A DNA stretch of 59,268 nucleotides, counting the filler, from Bipalium vagum (Eukaryota), in assembly GCA_037834085.1 (NCBI GenBank). It is 3 parts of 3 records of this genome, joined end to end, with 100 filler letters (N's around TTAATTAATTAA, not from the genome) between each part and the next. Parts side by side here need not be neighbours in the genome. Positions count along the whole stretch, not along the records: positions 1 to 22,623 come from JBBMKC010218798.1; 2 more parts are not named here. The stretch is one strand, 5' to 3'. This document shows, piece by piece, positions 1 through 11,682 of the stretch. Each line of letters begins with the position of its first letter. Within the stretch, counting starts at the first letter, position 1. The translations under genes were made by a program, and so were the position numbers. A model generated the notes under the pieces. That model was not told the DNA's origin, made no database searches, and saw nothing but the letters and a program-made list of their open reading frames with translations.

Positions 1-515
1 TTTTCGGAATTCATTTCTAAAATTTGATTTATAATTTACAAGTTAATGATTAAATGATTAATTTAAACAATGCAGAAGATTACTTTTCTAATGTAAAATG
101 TAAGATTTGTAACAATTATTATCTTCCCGATTTAAGTGGCGCACCCTGTAATATTCCGGAAAGCTTAAACGAAGGTAACCTACAAGCTCGTTTATTTTAT
201 TTTCTGTTTTTTTTTGCGTATCCTAACATTTTACTTTAAAAACATTATTTGATATTAATTATTATTATAATTTGATTATTTAATCACTTTAAGTATTTTA
301 TTATGTTTTAATTGGTTTCATTTTATAAACTTTTATGTTTGATTGATTATTTAAGACAATTGTAGACATTTCAGACCTTATTGTGTTCCCTTTCTCTTAA
401 GTTTGACGATTTTTGTGTTATTCTTATCACTGTGATTTCGTGTGAGTTTTGAGGTATAAATACAAGTTATTGCTTTACTGATTGTTGTTATTTTTGCATC
501 ACCTAAGAGTTGAGA
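1..515. repeat. Unclassified dispersed repeat, copy A (inverted relative to copy B at ~6296-6680)
   Basis: 455-515 (tataaatacaagttattgctttactgattgttgttatttttgcatcacctaagagttgaga) aligns with the reverse complement of 6301-6360. Weaker colinear matches occur at ~361-380 vs ~6412-6432 and ~160-240 vs ~6610-6676. Confidence 0.6.
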
Positions 516-525
516 TTATATTAAC

Positions 526-1340
526 ATGACACTACAGCAACCAACAAAAAAATCTTACACTACATAATGTCATCACTTAAATTTGACACTAAAAATAAAA
601 ATCATTTAAATTTGACACAAAATAATATCATCAGTTAAATTTAAAACTACGCAAGAAAATTAACTAAATTTGACAATACATGATTAAAATTAGAAAACAA
701 ACTCAATAAAAAAATTATATATTATTGTATCATAAGTAATTGTAGAGTTTTACTAAATGCTTCTTCCTTCCGGGTATCTAACCACGTGGATTCTGTTAAA
801 AAAGCATAAAAGTTCAATTTAACATAAGACTGGTGTTCGTCGGTATGTATTATTGAACCGAGACGAACGACACTTCTAATAATTTGTAATATTGTATCAG
901 GTTTTTATCTGGAATTACCTGACAGGATCCTATAGCTGGATTCACTGATGAATTGGCAACTGTTAGTGCTCAAATCTTGGTCCTCTGCAATGGTGGGATT
1001 TGACGTTGTAATTTAGCTTTACTTTGTCGCGTTGGACAATAATCACAATTTCACCCAGTTTTATGGGATTTTTCTCATAAACATAATTTTATGTTACCAA
1101 TTATAAAATACCTCAATCTTATAAAGACTGTGGCTGAAATCGATGCCTGTCATTTCATTTGCGAATACGTCAATTCAGTAGACTACAAAAGGTTGCCTTT
1201 ATGGTTTTCCTAAGTTCAATTTTGAAATTTGATAACCATGAAAAATTTGACACTACGCAATAGAATCATTTAAATTTGACATTAATTTTTCATAAATGTA
1301 GTGTAAACTTAAATAGATCCGTTAATGACAATGACACATA
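526..1340 (-). mobile_element. Degenerate Merlin (IS1016/IS1595-related) DNA transposon
   Basis: Minus-strand translation gives NPIKLGEIVIIVQRD..LNYNVKSHHCRGP (~1070-978) and PDTILQIIRSVVRLGSIIHTDEHQSY (~903-824), matching ISXO2/Merlin motifs 'IKLGG.G.IVQIDE...KSHRGR' and 'GSIIHTDEW.AY'. Short taaatttgacac repeats occur at both flanks (~578-680 and ~1244-1282). Confidence 0.65.
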
Positions 1341-1799
1341 TATATTATACTAATTTTTTATATTGTTGGAATTTACCCACTTTAAAAAGTGATTTAACTT
1401 TATAAGATGCTAACTATATGGAATGACAACTTCATTGTAATTAAAGTATATTATAAGATGCGTGAAGTTTGGAAAATTCCGCCTATACCAGAACTAAAAT
1501 TAGCTTTGAAGGTGAGTCATAAGATGTAGATTCCACTGTGCAATATTCAGCATGGAATAAATGCCTTAAAATTAAATAAACAGGTAATCGCCTCTATATA
1601 ATAATGTAATTGATATTCAAATTAAATAAAATTAATTTGATATTAACAATTAAAACTGGTAATTGTACTGTTTCCTTTTATCTATATGATTTTTATTCAT
1701 TAGGTCTGTGCAAAAAATTGCTATTTTCGACATTCAACTTTAAAACGATTAGACACACAAGTAACAAAATTATATCAATTAAAAGAATAATCATTCAAA

Positions 1800-2845
1800 T
1801 GAACACACCTTCATCATCGTGAAACAAGGTTAGTTATTCCAGTTTAGTAAAAGTTTGGTTTTCTGAAAGCGATGAAATTGTTAAAGGTAGTTTCGACATC
1901 TTACTGGTTTTTGAAGTTTTTTTCCAGAATAAAAGAGGTCACATGTTTGAAAAATGATGATCAGTAGGCAAGAGATCAGGTGAGTAAAAGTGTGAGGTAG
2001 AATTTCGTTTCCCAATTCGTTCAAATTATTCATCGTCATTTTTGAAACATGTCGTCTTGCATTGTTGTACAAAATGATTGGTCTTTTTCTGTTGATCAGT
2101 CCAGGTTTAAACGTAGAAGCTTATTATTATATTATTATTATATTATTATTATAATCTTTGATTTCCTGGACATTTTGTTTACTTAATAGATTCATTTTGT
2201 TTCAGGAAGCTGGAGTGTATTAAGCCCGCTCGTGACCAGCGTCACCATCACCATTTTTTGATTTAAATTCGGATTCGGAAAGTGCAGTGAAGTCTCACTA
2301 TGATCTAACTACTGATTTGATTGTTTCCTATTGTCTTACACAAGCCATTTTACTTCACATATTACAATACTCTCAAGAAATGGTTCAACTTTGTTGCACA
2401 AAAAAGAAAGGAGATTTCTAAAAAGTAATATTTTTGTTTGTCTGCCAATTTATTCAGTGCCCATGAATCTTTTTTTTTCACGTATATATTTCTTTTAAAT
2501 GCCCACTACTTAATCTCTGCTATGGAATTTAGAAAACCACCATCTAACTGTTCGTTCACTAGTTGTCCTGTGCTGAAAGAAGAATTATTTTATAAGCTGT
2601 CTCACCTACTTCAAGGCCATTTTTAAAATGATATAAAAAAGATATCGATTTCAAATCTTGCTTGACATGATTTCTAGAGACTAAAAATAAATTAAAAGTA
2701 ATTTAAACCAATTTTAAGCGAAATATAAGCTTTAAATTGATATAATGATTAATATTTATAAATTAATTTTTTTATATTTACATTTTAAAAAATTTTAACA
2801 ATGGTGGAGCATTATTAAACGATAATTTCTCTTGCACCAACTTAA
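1800..2845 (-). mobile_element. Degenerate mariner (DD34D, Hsmar1/cecropia-like TIR)
   Basis: TIR-like ttaagttggtgcaag on the minus strand ends at 2845, next to TA at 2846-47. ORF 1881-2072 (YNNARRHVSK..LNELGNEILPH) is a decayed HDNARPH..ELGWEVLPHP. Many stops and frameshifts; left boundary approximate. Confidence 0.75.
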
Positions 2846-3077
2846 TATAAATGGTAGTTCTTCAACAAATTTTAATCTAAAGCTCCTATTTTATTAAAAC
2901 TTTAACAAATAAGTACTAATTTTAAATTATCTTAAACATTTTAAATTGTTTTTAGTAGAATTTTTATTTAAATTTTAATTAGTAAGTAAACTAAGGAAAT
3001 TATATAACTAAACCTTGTACCTTTGTTTAAAATTATACATGTTATTGATATTCAAAATTTAGATCTAATTTATATCA

Positions 3078-5685
3078 ATGGAAAACACAAGTATTTTATT
3101 TATTTAGGATAATGCAATTTAAAGATTTTTCAGAAAATTTCCCTGAGAAAGTGCCTGTTGATGAATGGTAAATTTATTTATAATATCATAATCTAGTCAC
3201 TTAAGTATTTAGTATTAAAAAAGAAATTGAGTCAGTAGGATCATTTGAAAATGAAAAGGTAGCAACTGAAGAAAATTTCCCCATAAATAACAGCATTGAT
3301 TACGATGTTGATGATTCCGATGACGATTTTGCTGTCATCACAAAAACATCCAATGCAAATGATTCCAGGTTATTTTAGATTTTAAACATGACCTTTCATC
3401 ATTATTATTATTATCTCAATCAAGTCCAGTGAAAACGATGTTCAGTATCAAAACCATCTCCAATTCTCAAATGCAAAGTAAAGTAATCTCTAGTGACAAA
3501 CAAGGACAATATTTATTTCAACAGATAATTACAAAATATCCAAAACCGCTGTCGATCTTGATCACCCTGGTAACATAAACGGGGTTCCAACCATCGATTA
3601 TGATTTGAGTAAACTGGTTGATGAATATAAGCCTTGGAAAAAGCCTGGAGCAGATGTCAGTGATTACTTTAACTACGGCTTCATAGAGGATACGTGGTTG
3701 CTCTATTGTGAGAAGCAGAAGACGCTGAGATTGTCCCAGGAAAATTCAGCTTTAAAAACGGTAATGATTTTTACCCGATCCGAAAAATACGTTAAATTTA
3801 CACGAATTGATCAAAATGTTAACATTAAAACTTTTATTGCAATTTGTAATTAATGAATAATTATTAAGTGATTTTCCAATAAATTAGATAAGAAATAATT
3901 AAATTTCAATCGATTGTACTAATTATGTAATTTATTAATTTTTTCAATACACGAAATGCTTTTTGAAACGTTTGTCTAAACTTTCTATTGACGTTTGATC
4001 AATTCCATTGTGATTTTAGGTTCCATATTCAACATGAACCGAATTTTAATATAGAAATGTGGTATTTGCACTTGTCTGATTTTTAATCAAGTTTCTTTAT
4101 CGAACAGCTTAGCGGATTGCAAAATTTTGGATACCCACTCAGTGGAAGTCACATTCATCTTGGATTTAACAGAACCAATCACAAGAGTAGCAAAGGCGGT
4201 CTTATCGACGTGATTGGAAGTCAGCAATCCGGTGGTGGTGCTGGAGGAGGAGGTGGCGGCGGTGGAGGTGACTACAAGAACAAGCATAACGATATTGCTA
4301 TGAACATGGTCAATAAAATTTCCACCATACCTGTTCAGACAGGTACCATGAACCCCGGTCCCAACCAGAACAGCAACTACATGTCGGGTATGTCTGGAAT
4401 TTCTGAATATCAATAGATTTCATCTTTGTTAATTATTGATTTTTTATAAATTGTTGATTGATTTTATAATTATTGATTTTTTGTTAATTTATTACTTTTA
4501 TGTTTCAATTCATTCTTCATTTGTCAGGATTGGGTAATCATACAATAAACAATAATTTGTTGAATCCCATCATGTCTGCTGCCATGGCGATGGGTATTTT
4601 GCCGAATGCCGGAAATGTCCAGGTTCTCACAAGTCAACCTAATGCTCCAATCGATGCAAAAATGGCTCCTTTTAGTTCCATGGACGGTACTGGAAACATT
4701 CGCAATATCCATGGTTACAATGGTACTGCCGGTGGACCTGGTGGACAAGGAGGTGGTGTTGGACCAGGAAATTGGAACAGCAACCCAATCTATGATCGAT
4801 CAAACAGTGCTGATTCTATGTAGTAATTGATTGTGATTTGGGATTGTGTTGTGATGAGTGACTTTATTCTTTGGTTTCAGTTCACACGAAGACTATGATC
4901 GCAAGGCCTATGTCAAATCAGAAAAGAGCAGCAGGCGCAGTGAACACGAAGAGTCTCGCATGTACAAATCCAGGGAACGACGAGAACGAAGGTAAAAATC
5001 ACATAATCAAACAAGAAAATCATTATTATAAATTATTTTTTATCGATGGTTTATCTGTTGGTTTTATTCTAGTTCCGAGAGACGTCGTCGAACGCGATCC
5101 AGAAGTCGAGAAAGAGGCCACGAGTCCAAACATTCAAGAAAGTGAGTCATTGATTTTCATTACCATTTTTCAGATAGATTTTTTAAAATGTTCAATTTAA
5201 ATCGATAATTTTAATTTAACTTTTTACAAATCGATTTTATTGAATTTTAAAAACCCTTTATCGATTTCATTTTTTGTCTATTTCGATACAGACGAAATCG
5301 ATCGCCGGAGGAAAGTCGACGTCATCGAAAGCACAGTCGCGACCATCGTTCGTCAAGCGGAAGCGATCGGAAACATCGTAGACATCGATCCAGCAAAAGA
5401 CATCGACAGTCTCGATCTCGTTCGTATGAAACTCGAAAAGATCGCCACCAACGGCGACACAATAAGTCGCCCGGAGAAGAGGGCAGTGGGAAATACAAAG
5501 CCAGTGGAGGAGGTAATGGTGGTGGCAGCGCAGGTAACGGGGGATCTGGTTCCGGTGCCACCGGTAACAGTTTGAAAGAAGATGGAACTGGAAACGGCAA
5601 TAGTGAGATCCGCTTAGAAAAGGTCGAGTCGGCAAATTCTACTGAAAGCGTCAAGCGAGAAATGGATTATCCCAGTGCAGATTAA
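3078..5685 (+). CDS. FIP1L1: Pre-mRNA 3'-end processing factor FIP1 (CPSF subunit), ~549 aa, 10 exons
   Basis: In-frame GT-AG exon chain: 3078-3090, 3125(or 3134)-3167, 3213-3368, 3425-3477, 3525-3760, 4108-4387, 4528-4822, 4881-4991, 5073-5141, 5292-5685 (TAA). It encodes an acidic DDSDDDF patch, the Fip1 core [49 protein letters not shown], a Gly/Asn-rich middle and an R/S/H/E-rich tail. AATAAA lies near 5823. Confidence 0.95.
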
Positions 5686-6295
5686 TTTTTTATCTGTTTG
5701 AAATCGATTGATTGATTGTTCGTCTTTTGGCTTGTGTATTTATAAATATGATTCTGTTCTTTTGTTTTTCACTGATTTAGTAATATGGTAATGGTAATCA
5801 AAAATCATTAATATTTAATAATAATAAAAAATAAAATTATGAAGAAAATTATAAAAATCGATTTCGATTGATAATAACTTCAGTAAATTCAGCATATAAA
5901 ATTTTTTTAAAATAAAAGTAAACTGATTATCAAAGAATTAAAATTTGATATGTTAAAGAGACATTTTTCAAATGGAAGTTGTAAATGGTAGTTTATTAAA
6001 TCAATAGATATGAAATTTAAAATGAAATTAGTTTTTTCAATTAATGTAATGGTCATCAAGTGTAACAAAATGATTTTGTTGGTGAATAGAAAATAAAATT
6101 CTCTAAATATGAGTTGCAAATAATATTATTATTGTGGAATAATGTTGGGACAACACAAAAAGCTCTACCAGAAGTGCAAAGGGAGCCAAGTTTGATTTTT
6201 TACCATATCGCAATAGGGTCGAGTAATAATAAAATTAATGTAAAGGTAAATTAAATTTTAATAGGCAATTTAAAAATTGTTCAATATTAAGGTTC

Positions 6296-7225
6296 ACCTG
6301 ACTCCAAATCTTAGGTGGTGCAAATAAAAACAATCAGTAAAGCAACACTTGTATTTATATCACATAAAATATACGGGACTACAAAAGATAAGTAAGAGTC
6401 TGGGATTACAACTAATGTCTGAAATGTTACACAACCCTTAAACTATCTGATCAAAACAAAACACAAAAATAATTAAAGGTAATGTTCAATCAAATATAGT
6501 CAAAATGAACGTTTAATCAAATAATATTTAATCAAATGTTAACAAAATTTCAAAATTCGATTACAATAAAATATTACTTAGAAATCAATATAAATATTTA
6601 CTTAGAATTAAAAAAAATATTAAGATAAAACAAAAAGGAAAGATCTTAAAATTTAGTTTTCGTTAAAACTCCCGAGCTATCGTCTGAGCCCTAACGGTTG
6701 CTCACCGATAACCCTCTGATGGGGAATTTTAAGCATAGCCCAGGCATAAGAATATTTGTTCAATAGTCGTTACCTTGTGAATTAATAGTAGTCTGCTTTC
6801 GATCAATAAGACTCTGCTAATCAATAAGATTCTGCTAATCAATACGATTCTGATAAGCTTAAGCTGCACGTTTTCTGAGGGGTGAAATTATGCTAGCATC
6901 GCTCTGCTTATATACTTTTCAAAAACTGATCTTCTTCTTGAAATAATCTTAAATTCTCAAAATTTTATTGAAACTCTAGAACTCCCTAAACAATTATTTT
7001 CTGATGACCATTAATATTTGTAAATTCCCTCTTTTGGACTTCTTTAAAAATAAAAATTACTTTTTGAGGGTTGTTTTATTTTCTAAGTAGGTTCAAACTA
7101 AAAATATCTGTAAATTTTTAATTGCTTTTCAAGTGCTAATTAATTTTAATTACTAATATTTATACCCTTTTTATGGTTTTTCTTGCTTATTTTTCTACGG
7201 GGGGTGTCTTGGGTAAACCCAACAA
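6296..7225 (-). repeat. Unclassified repeat, copy B, with LTR-like features
   Basis: Homologous (inverted) to 1-515. It carries a minus-strand TATATAAGCAGAGC at 6901-6914, an internal 18-bp tandem repeat and a near-palindrome tgtcttgggtaaacccaaca at ~7205-7224. Boundaries uncertain. Confidence 0.4.
6803..6856. repeat. 18-bp tandem repeat x3 (tcaataagattctgctaa)
   Basis: tcaataagactctgctaa / tcaataagattctgctaa / tcaatacgattctgataa. Confidence 0.85.
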
Positions 7226-9559
7226 AATTAAGTGATATTGAGAGACTGGTCATAAAGTTATTATAGAAGGCAATATTCGTTAAAAGTTTTCCCTGAGAAG
7301 AGGAATCAGAAAACGTTTTCTTAATTATTAGAAGAATCTTTGCTTAAAAGAAGAATTTATTTTTTGAAAAGAAGGAACGAATATTTCTCAGAAAAATTTT
7401 TTATTCCTTTAGAAGAATTTTGTTTTCGTCTTACGAAACCTACTTCCATGTATAATTTTTTTTGTGATGCAAGCGAATTATGTTCAGATTCCCCATCAAC
7501 CGTAGGGGTTCAGCTAAATATTCCGGTGATCTGAAAAGGAAAAGAGTAACGTTTTCTCTTGTTTTTCTTTAAAAAGCAATTTTGGATTTTTGCTTTGGAT
7601 TTTAATATTTTTGGATTTTTAATATTTTTTTGTACTTTCTAAGAATAATTAACAATAAAGAAGAGATTATTTGTTTAATAACTTTAGGGCTGAGAACATT
7701 GTTCGTATGTGTGTTTATTGATGAGTTGGGAATTGATATCATTGCTAATCTGTGTGCGCGGCTATTGTGTTGTGATATAAACACACACTATCTCTGTTGT
7801 CTAAACCAACTACAGTGTCGGAATCAGGTTGATTTTGAATAATACAAAATAAATAACCATGGTGTAAATTATTATACTGTTGCAAGTCTATTTTAAAATA
7901 AGATCGGTAATGGTGTAAATCTCTCTTATTTCACGAGGCAATTTTTGGAGTATTTATGTTTTCGATTTTATAAAAGTGAATAAAAATCAGGAACATGTCA
8001 ATGGATTTTATCAATATTCAGAAGAGTTTTTGAACTGATAAAATTCACAATGTCTGTAACAAATCAAAAATTGAGAATTAGGATCAATTTATTTCTGTTT
8101 TCATTGACACTAATTTATGTATTTTTCGACCGAGCCAATTAATTACGGGGTGTCGTATGTACAAAGAGAGAAATTAAGTGGGCATTGTGAAATCCGAATA
8201 CTTATTGAAATTTTTATGTTTCGGAGTTTTAAGTTTTAAGTCAATCGAATATCAGTTAGTGGTTCAGTTACAGTTATTAACACCAAGACGTTTTTTGGTA
8301 TTACATTATTTACCAAATAAGCTAACTCCTCCAACTTCATTGTGTTCTTATCTTATCAATCTTTCCATAAGTATAGCAATGGTCATTAGGTAACAAAATT
8401 TAACAATGTCAATAGAGTTTCTCCAATTTTTCCGGTCAACGTAAGGCATTCGTTGTAACATCTAATGATACTGAGCTAAGTGGATACAATAACTTGAAAA
8501 TTGGATTTGTAAACTCTTAATTGACTTCAATCAGTACCTTACTGAGGTAAATAGTTCTCTGTCATTGGTAATCCAGTCTCGAGTTCCAATAACTATCCTT
8601 GAAATATTTTATTTTCAACTTCATCAAAATACATTAAAACCAACCAAACCCTTATTCACCTCAGAACTAGAAGAATCAATCCCATCTAACACTTGCAGCA
8701 ATCAGCAATTACTAAAGCTAGACCACAACACATTGACCGAACATCAGTACTGATGACAGTGTTAAAGTATAACTTAATGTAACAAATCGGTCGAAGATAT
8801 TTCATAACCATGCTCAAAAGTCAATTCTCAATTTCGAGAGCCCAGAATTTTACAAAGATGATAAATAATTTATATCTCAGATTTAAAGTGGTCGTAGAAT
8901 GAGAGCATTTGGAAATGACAGGTTAACTTTTGTCGAATACAAAGTTAACTGGAGAAACTTTATAAAAACTGATACAATGTTACCCAAGAATGTGTTAAGA
9001 TATCAATTCACTATCGCAGCTTTGTATAGTTATAACGGGGCTAGCGGAAACCTAATTCTGTATTTAGTGTCTGTCGTGTAAGGATCTAACTTTTAGTCTT
9101 TTACCCAGTTTCCAAAGTATAAAACAGTGTTCTTATACATTTGTACCAATTCATAACCATTATTGAAAGTCCATTAATTTCCCCATAAAATTATAAGAAG
9201 TTTAGACTGAAGTTACATATCTTTTCAAAATTTGAAATATTAATTGTTGCTTAAAAATCAAACTATTTTAAACCTCACAATTTTGATCCGATTTCTCCAG
9301 CTCTAAAAGTTAGCTTATTTTAAACGTTTTAAGCTTTCAATGATGAATTTTAAACGATTTTCAAAAACAATTGAATGGTTATCAAGTGAAAATTTTTGAA
9401 TCTTGATCTCATTTTTTAGCAATTACTGGAATAAAACATTTTTCCCGCGTCTCCTTTTAGCTCTCATTTGATCAAATGAAAATCTTTTATTAAGAGAAGT
9501 TAAAAAAATTAACATGGTTAAGAATAAAAGAAATCGAAAGAAATAAAAAGATAAATATA

Positions 9560-9808
9560 TCATTTTCTCAAAGTCTGACTGGTGAAGAAATTCAATCTCT
9601 CCTCGTGTTTTACTTCACTCCTGTCACGTAATTTGGTGGGTTTATACATTTGATCGGTATTGTCATCAGTGACAGGTGTTTCATACACGGTTCCCGGGGC
9701 TCTCATTGCTGCAATTCTTTCTCGATTGTTGAACATTTCAATACAGGCATCACAATGACATTTCGGATGTTTTACATCGAAAAAAGGATATCGGGAATTG
9801 CTGGACAT
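9560..9808 (-). CDS. Candidate small orphan protein (82 aa) with HPKCHCDAC motif
   Basis: Intact ATG-to-TGA ORF, more GC-rich than its flanks, with protein-like composition. Minus-strand AATAAA ~70 nt after the stop (~9486-9491). A good minus-strand donor (aag|gtatgt) near 10049 could belong to a 5' UTR exon. No family recognised. Confidence 0.5.
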   Translation of the reverse strand: MSSNSRYPFFDVKHPKCHCDACIEMFNNRERIAAMRAPGTVYETPVTDDNTDQMYKPTKLRDRSEVKHEERLNFFTSQTLRK

Positions 9809-10422
9809 AAATTAAATCAAAATTAACCGAATCAAATTAAAATTGATATATTTAAACAAAATGATTTAGACAAATTATTCTTTGATAATATTGGATAGGG
9901 AAAAGCATTTTGGATTAAAAAAATTTTTAAATTCAGTTTTATATTTAATTAATTGTTAATTTATCTTAAAATATAAAACAAATGTTTGCTTAAATACTTC
10001 TGTATTTTTGAAATGAATTAATGTGGGTGACGAAAAACGAGTTACATACCTTAATAATGTCCGTACTAGATCATGATCCATGTCAAGGAAAACTTCTTAG
10101 ACGATAGCAAAACAGAGATTTATATCAATCAAAATTATGTTAACTGGTGGGATTGAAAATGAATTATTTAATATGAGCTGCAGTAATGGAAAAATATCCC
10201 TTACACATCATTTTTTTCAAAAACTACGCTAAAATCTGTAAAAATAGATCAATAAAAATCTCTAAAAGGTATGAAAAGACATGAAAACAAAACGATAAAA
10301 AAGTAAAACATCACTAAGACAACATTATAATAATATCATATTTTTTACAAAAGCCTACTACTTTATTTTTTTAAAATTTAATTAAAATAACCAAAAATGT
10401 GGTTCTTCTATCATTTAAAATA

Positions 10423-11682
10423 AAGGGTGTATACGAAAAAAAACTGGTCGGCAAAATACAGCTATCAAATCCGCATTTATTTAGCTAAACACAAAATTTA
10501 TGAATATCCAAAAACGTAATAAGAATATATTTACAAAAAATTACATATTTTATTATTTGGCGGTATTGTATGCAAAAGATCGAAGTTTGGAATTCACACT
10601 TCCCATTAGGTGCTGCACATCATTTTGAGTAACCTCAGATGATATTTTGACCCATTCCTTTTAAAATTCCTTTTCATTATAGGTCAGTATTTTTCAGTTG
10701 GTCGGAGTTCCGGACAATTGGTCGAATTAGCACTCTTCGGTAAATTATTGACACCATTTTCATTTTACCAGTCCATGGCCGATTTTCCATAGTGACATGT
10801 TGCCAAATCAGGCCAGAACACAACTGGAACGTTATGAACAAGTAAAATAGGAAGAAGTCGTTTCTGCAAGCACTCCTCAACATAAATAGTTTGTTTCATA
10901 GTACCACAGGTTACAAAAACCCTGCTTTTCAAACCACATTTACAAATTGCTTTGCCAAACCAAATATTTTTTTTCGAACTTGTCCACTTTTTTTTCTTTA
11001 AATTTTGGTGCAACATCACCTTTCTTCTTTAAAGTATAGAAAAGCTGACCAGGAATCTGATTGAAGTCTGTCTTGACATAAGTTTCGTCGTCCATTATCA
11101 TGCAGTCAAAGTTGTGCACGATACTGTCATACAGTTTTCGTGAACGATATTTTGCGGTTGCCTGCTGTTTATTGTTTCTGTTTGGAACAATTGAAACTTT
11201 GTATGATTTCAGACCTTCCTCTTTGCGGACTTTTTGAACATAACCAGGCGATATTTTAACTTTTTTAGCCATATCACGAATAGAGATTCCGGGATTTTTA
11301 TGAAATGTAGGAACCACTTCCTTGGTCTTTTTCTCTGAAACAAATCCCTTCTTTCGTCCACTTCCAACTTTTCTTTCTGTGGTTAATCGTTTATCGAAGT
11401 TTTTAAGCACAAGTGTTACCGTTGATTTGGCAACATTTAGACTTTTTGTAATATTTCTGTGAGATAAATCCACATTTTACAGCTTTTTGCGCACAATTAA
11501 TTCGCAAATACTTTCTTTTGTTGAGACCATTTTTCTAAATTTTCTAGAAACTAAAAAATTATAGATTCTTTATTATAAATTAATGATTCAGCTATAGATC
11601 TGTATGCTTACCTATATTTTTACAATTATATCTGAGGTGTCACATGTGTTTGTATGCGACCATTTTTTTCGTATACACTCTT
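10423..11682 (-). mobile_element. Full-length but inactivated IS630-Tc1-mariner element of the DD37E type
   Basis: TIRs aagggtgtatacgaaaaaaaactggtcg (10423-) and the reverse complement aagagtgtatacgaaaaaaaatggtcg (-11682), each flanked by TA. Transposase runs from ATG ~11530 with MDDETYVK, then FWPDLATCHYGKSAMDW*NENGVNNLPKSANSTNCPELRPTE, which has 37 codons between D and E. Frameshift near 10970 and internal stops. Confidence 0.92.

Noticed and set aside
4087-5654. Overlapping alternative-frame and antisense ORFs in FIP1L1
   Set aside because: Shadows of GC-rich low-complexity exons; the spliced frame accounts for the region.
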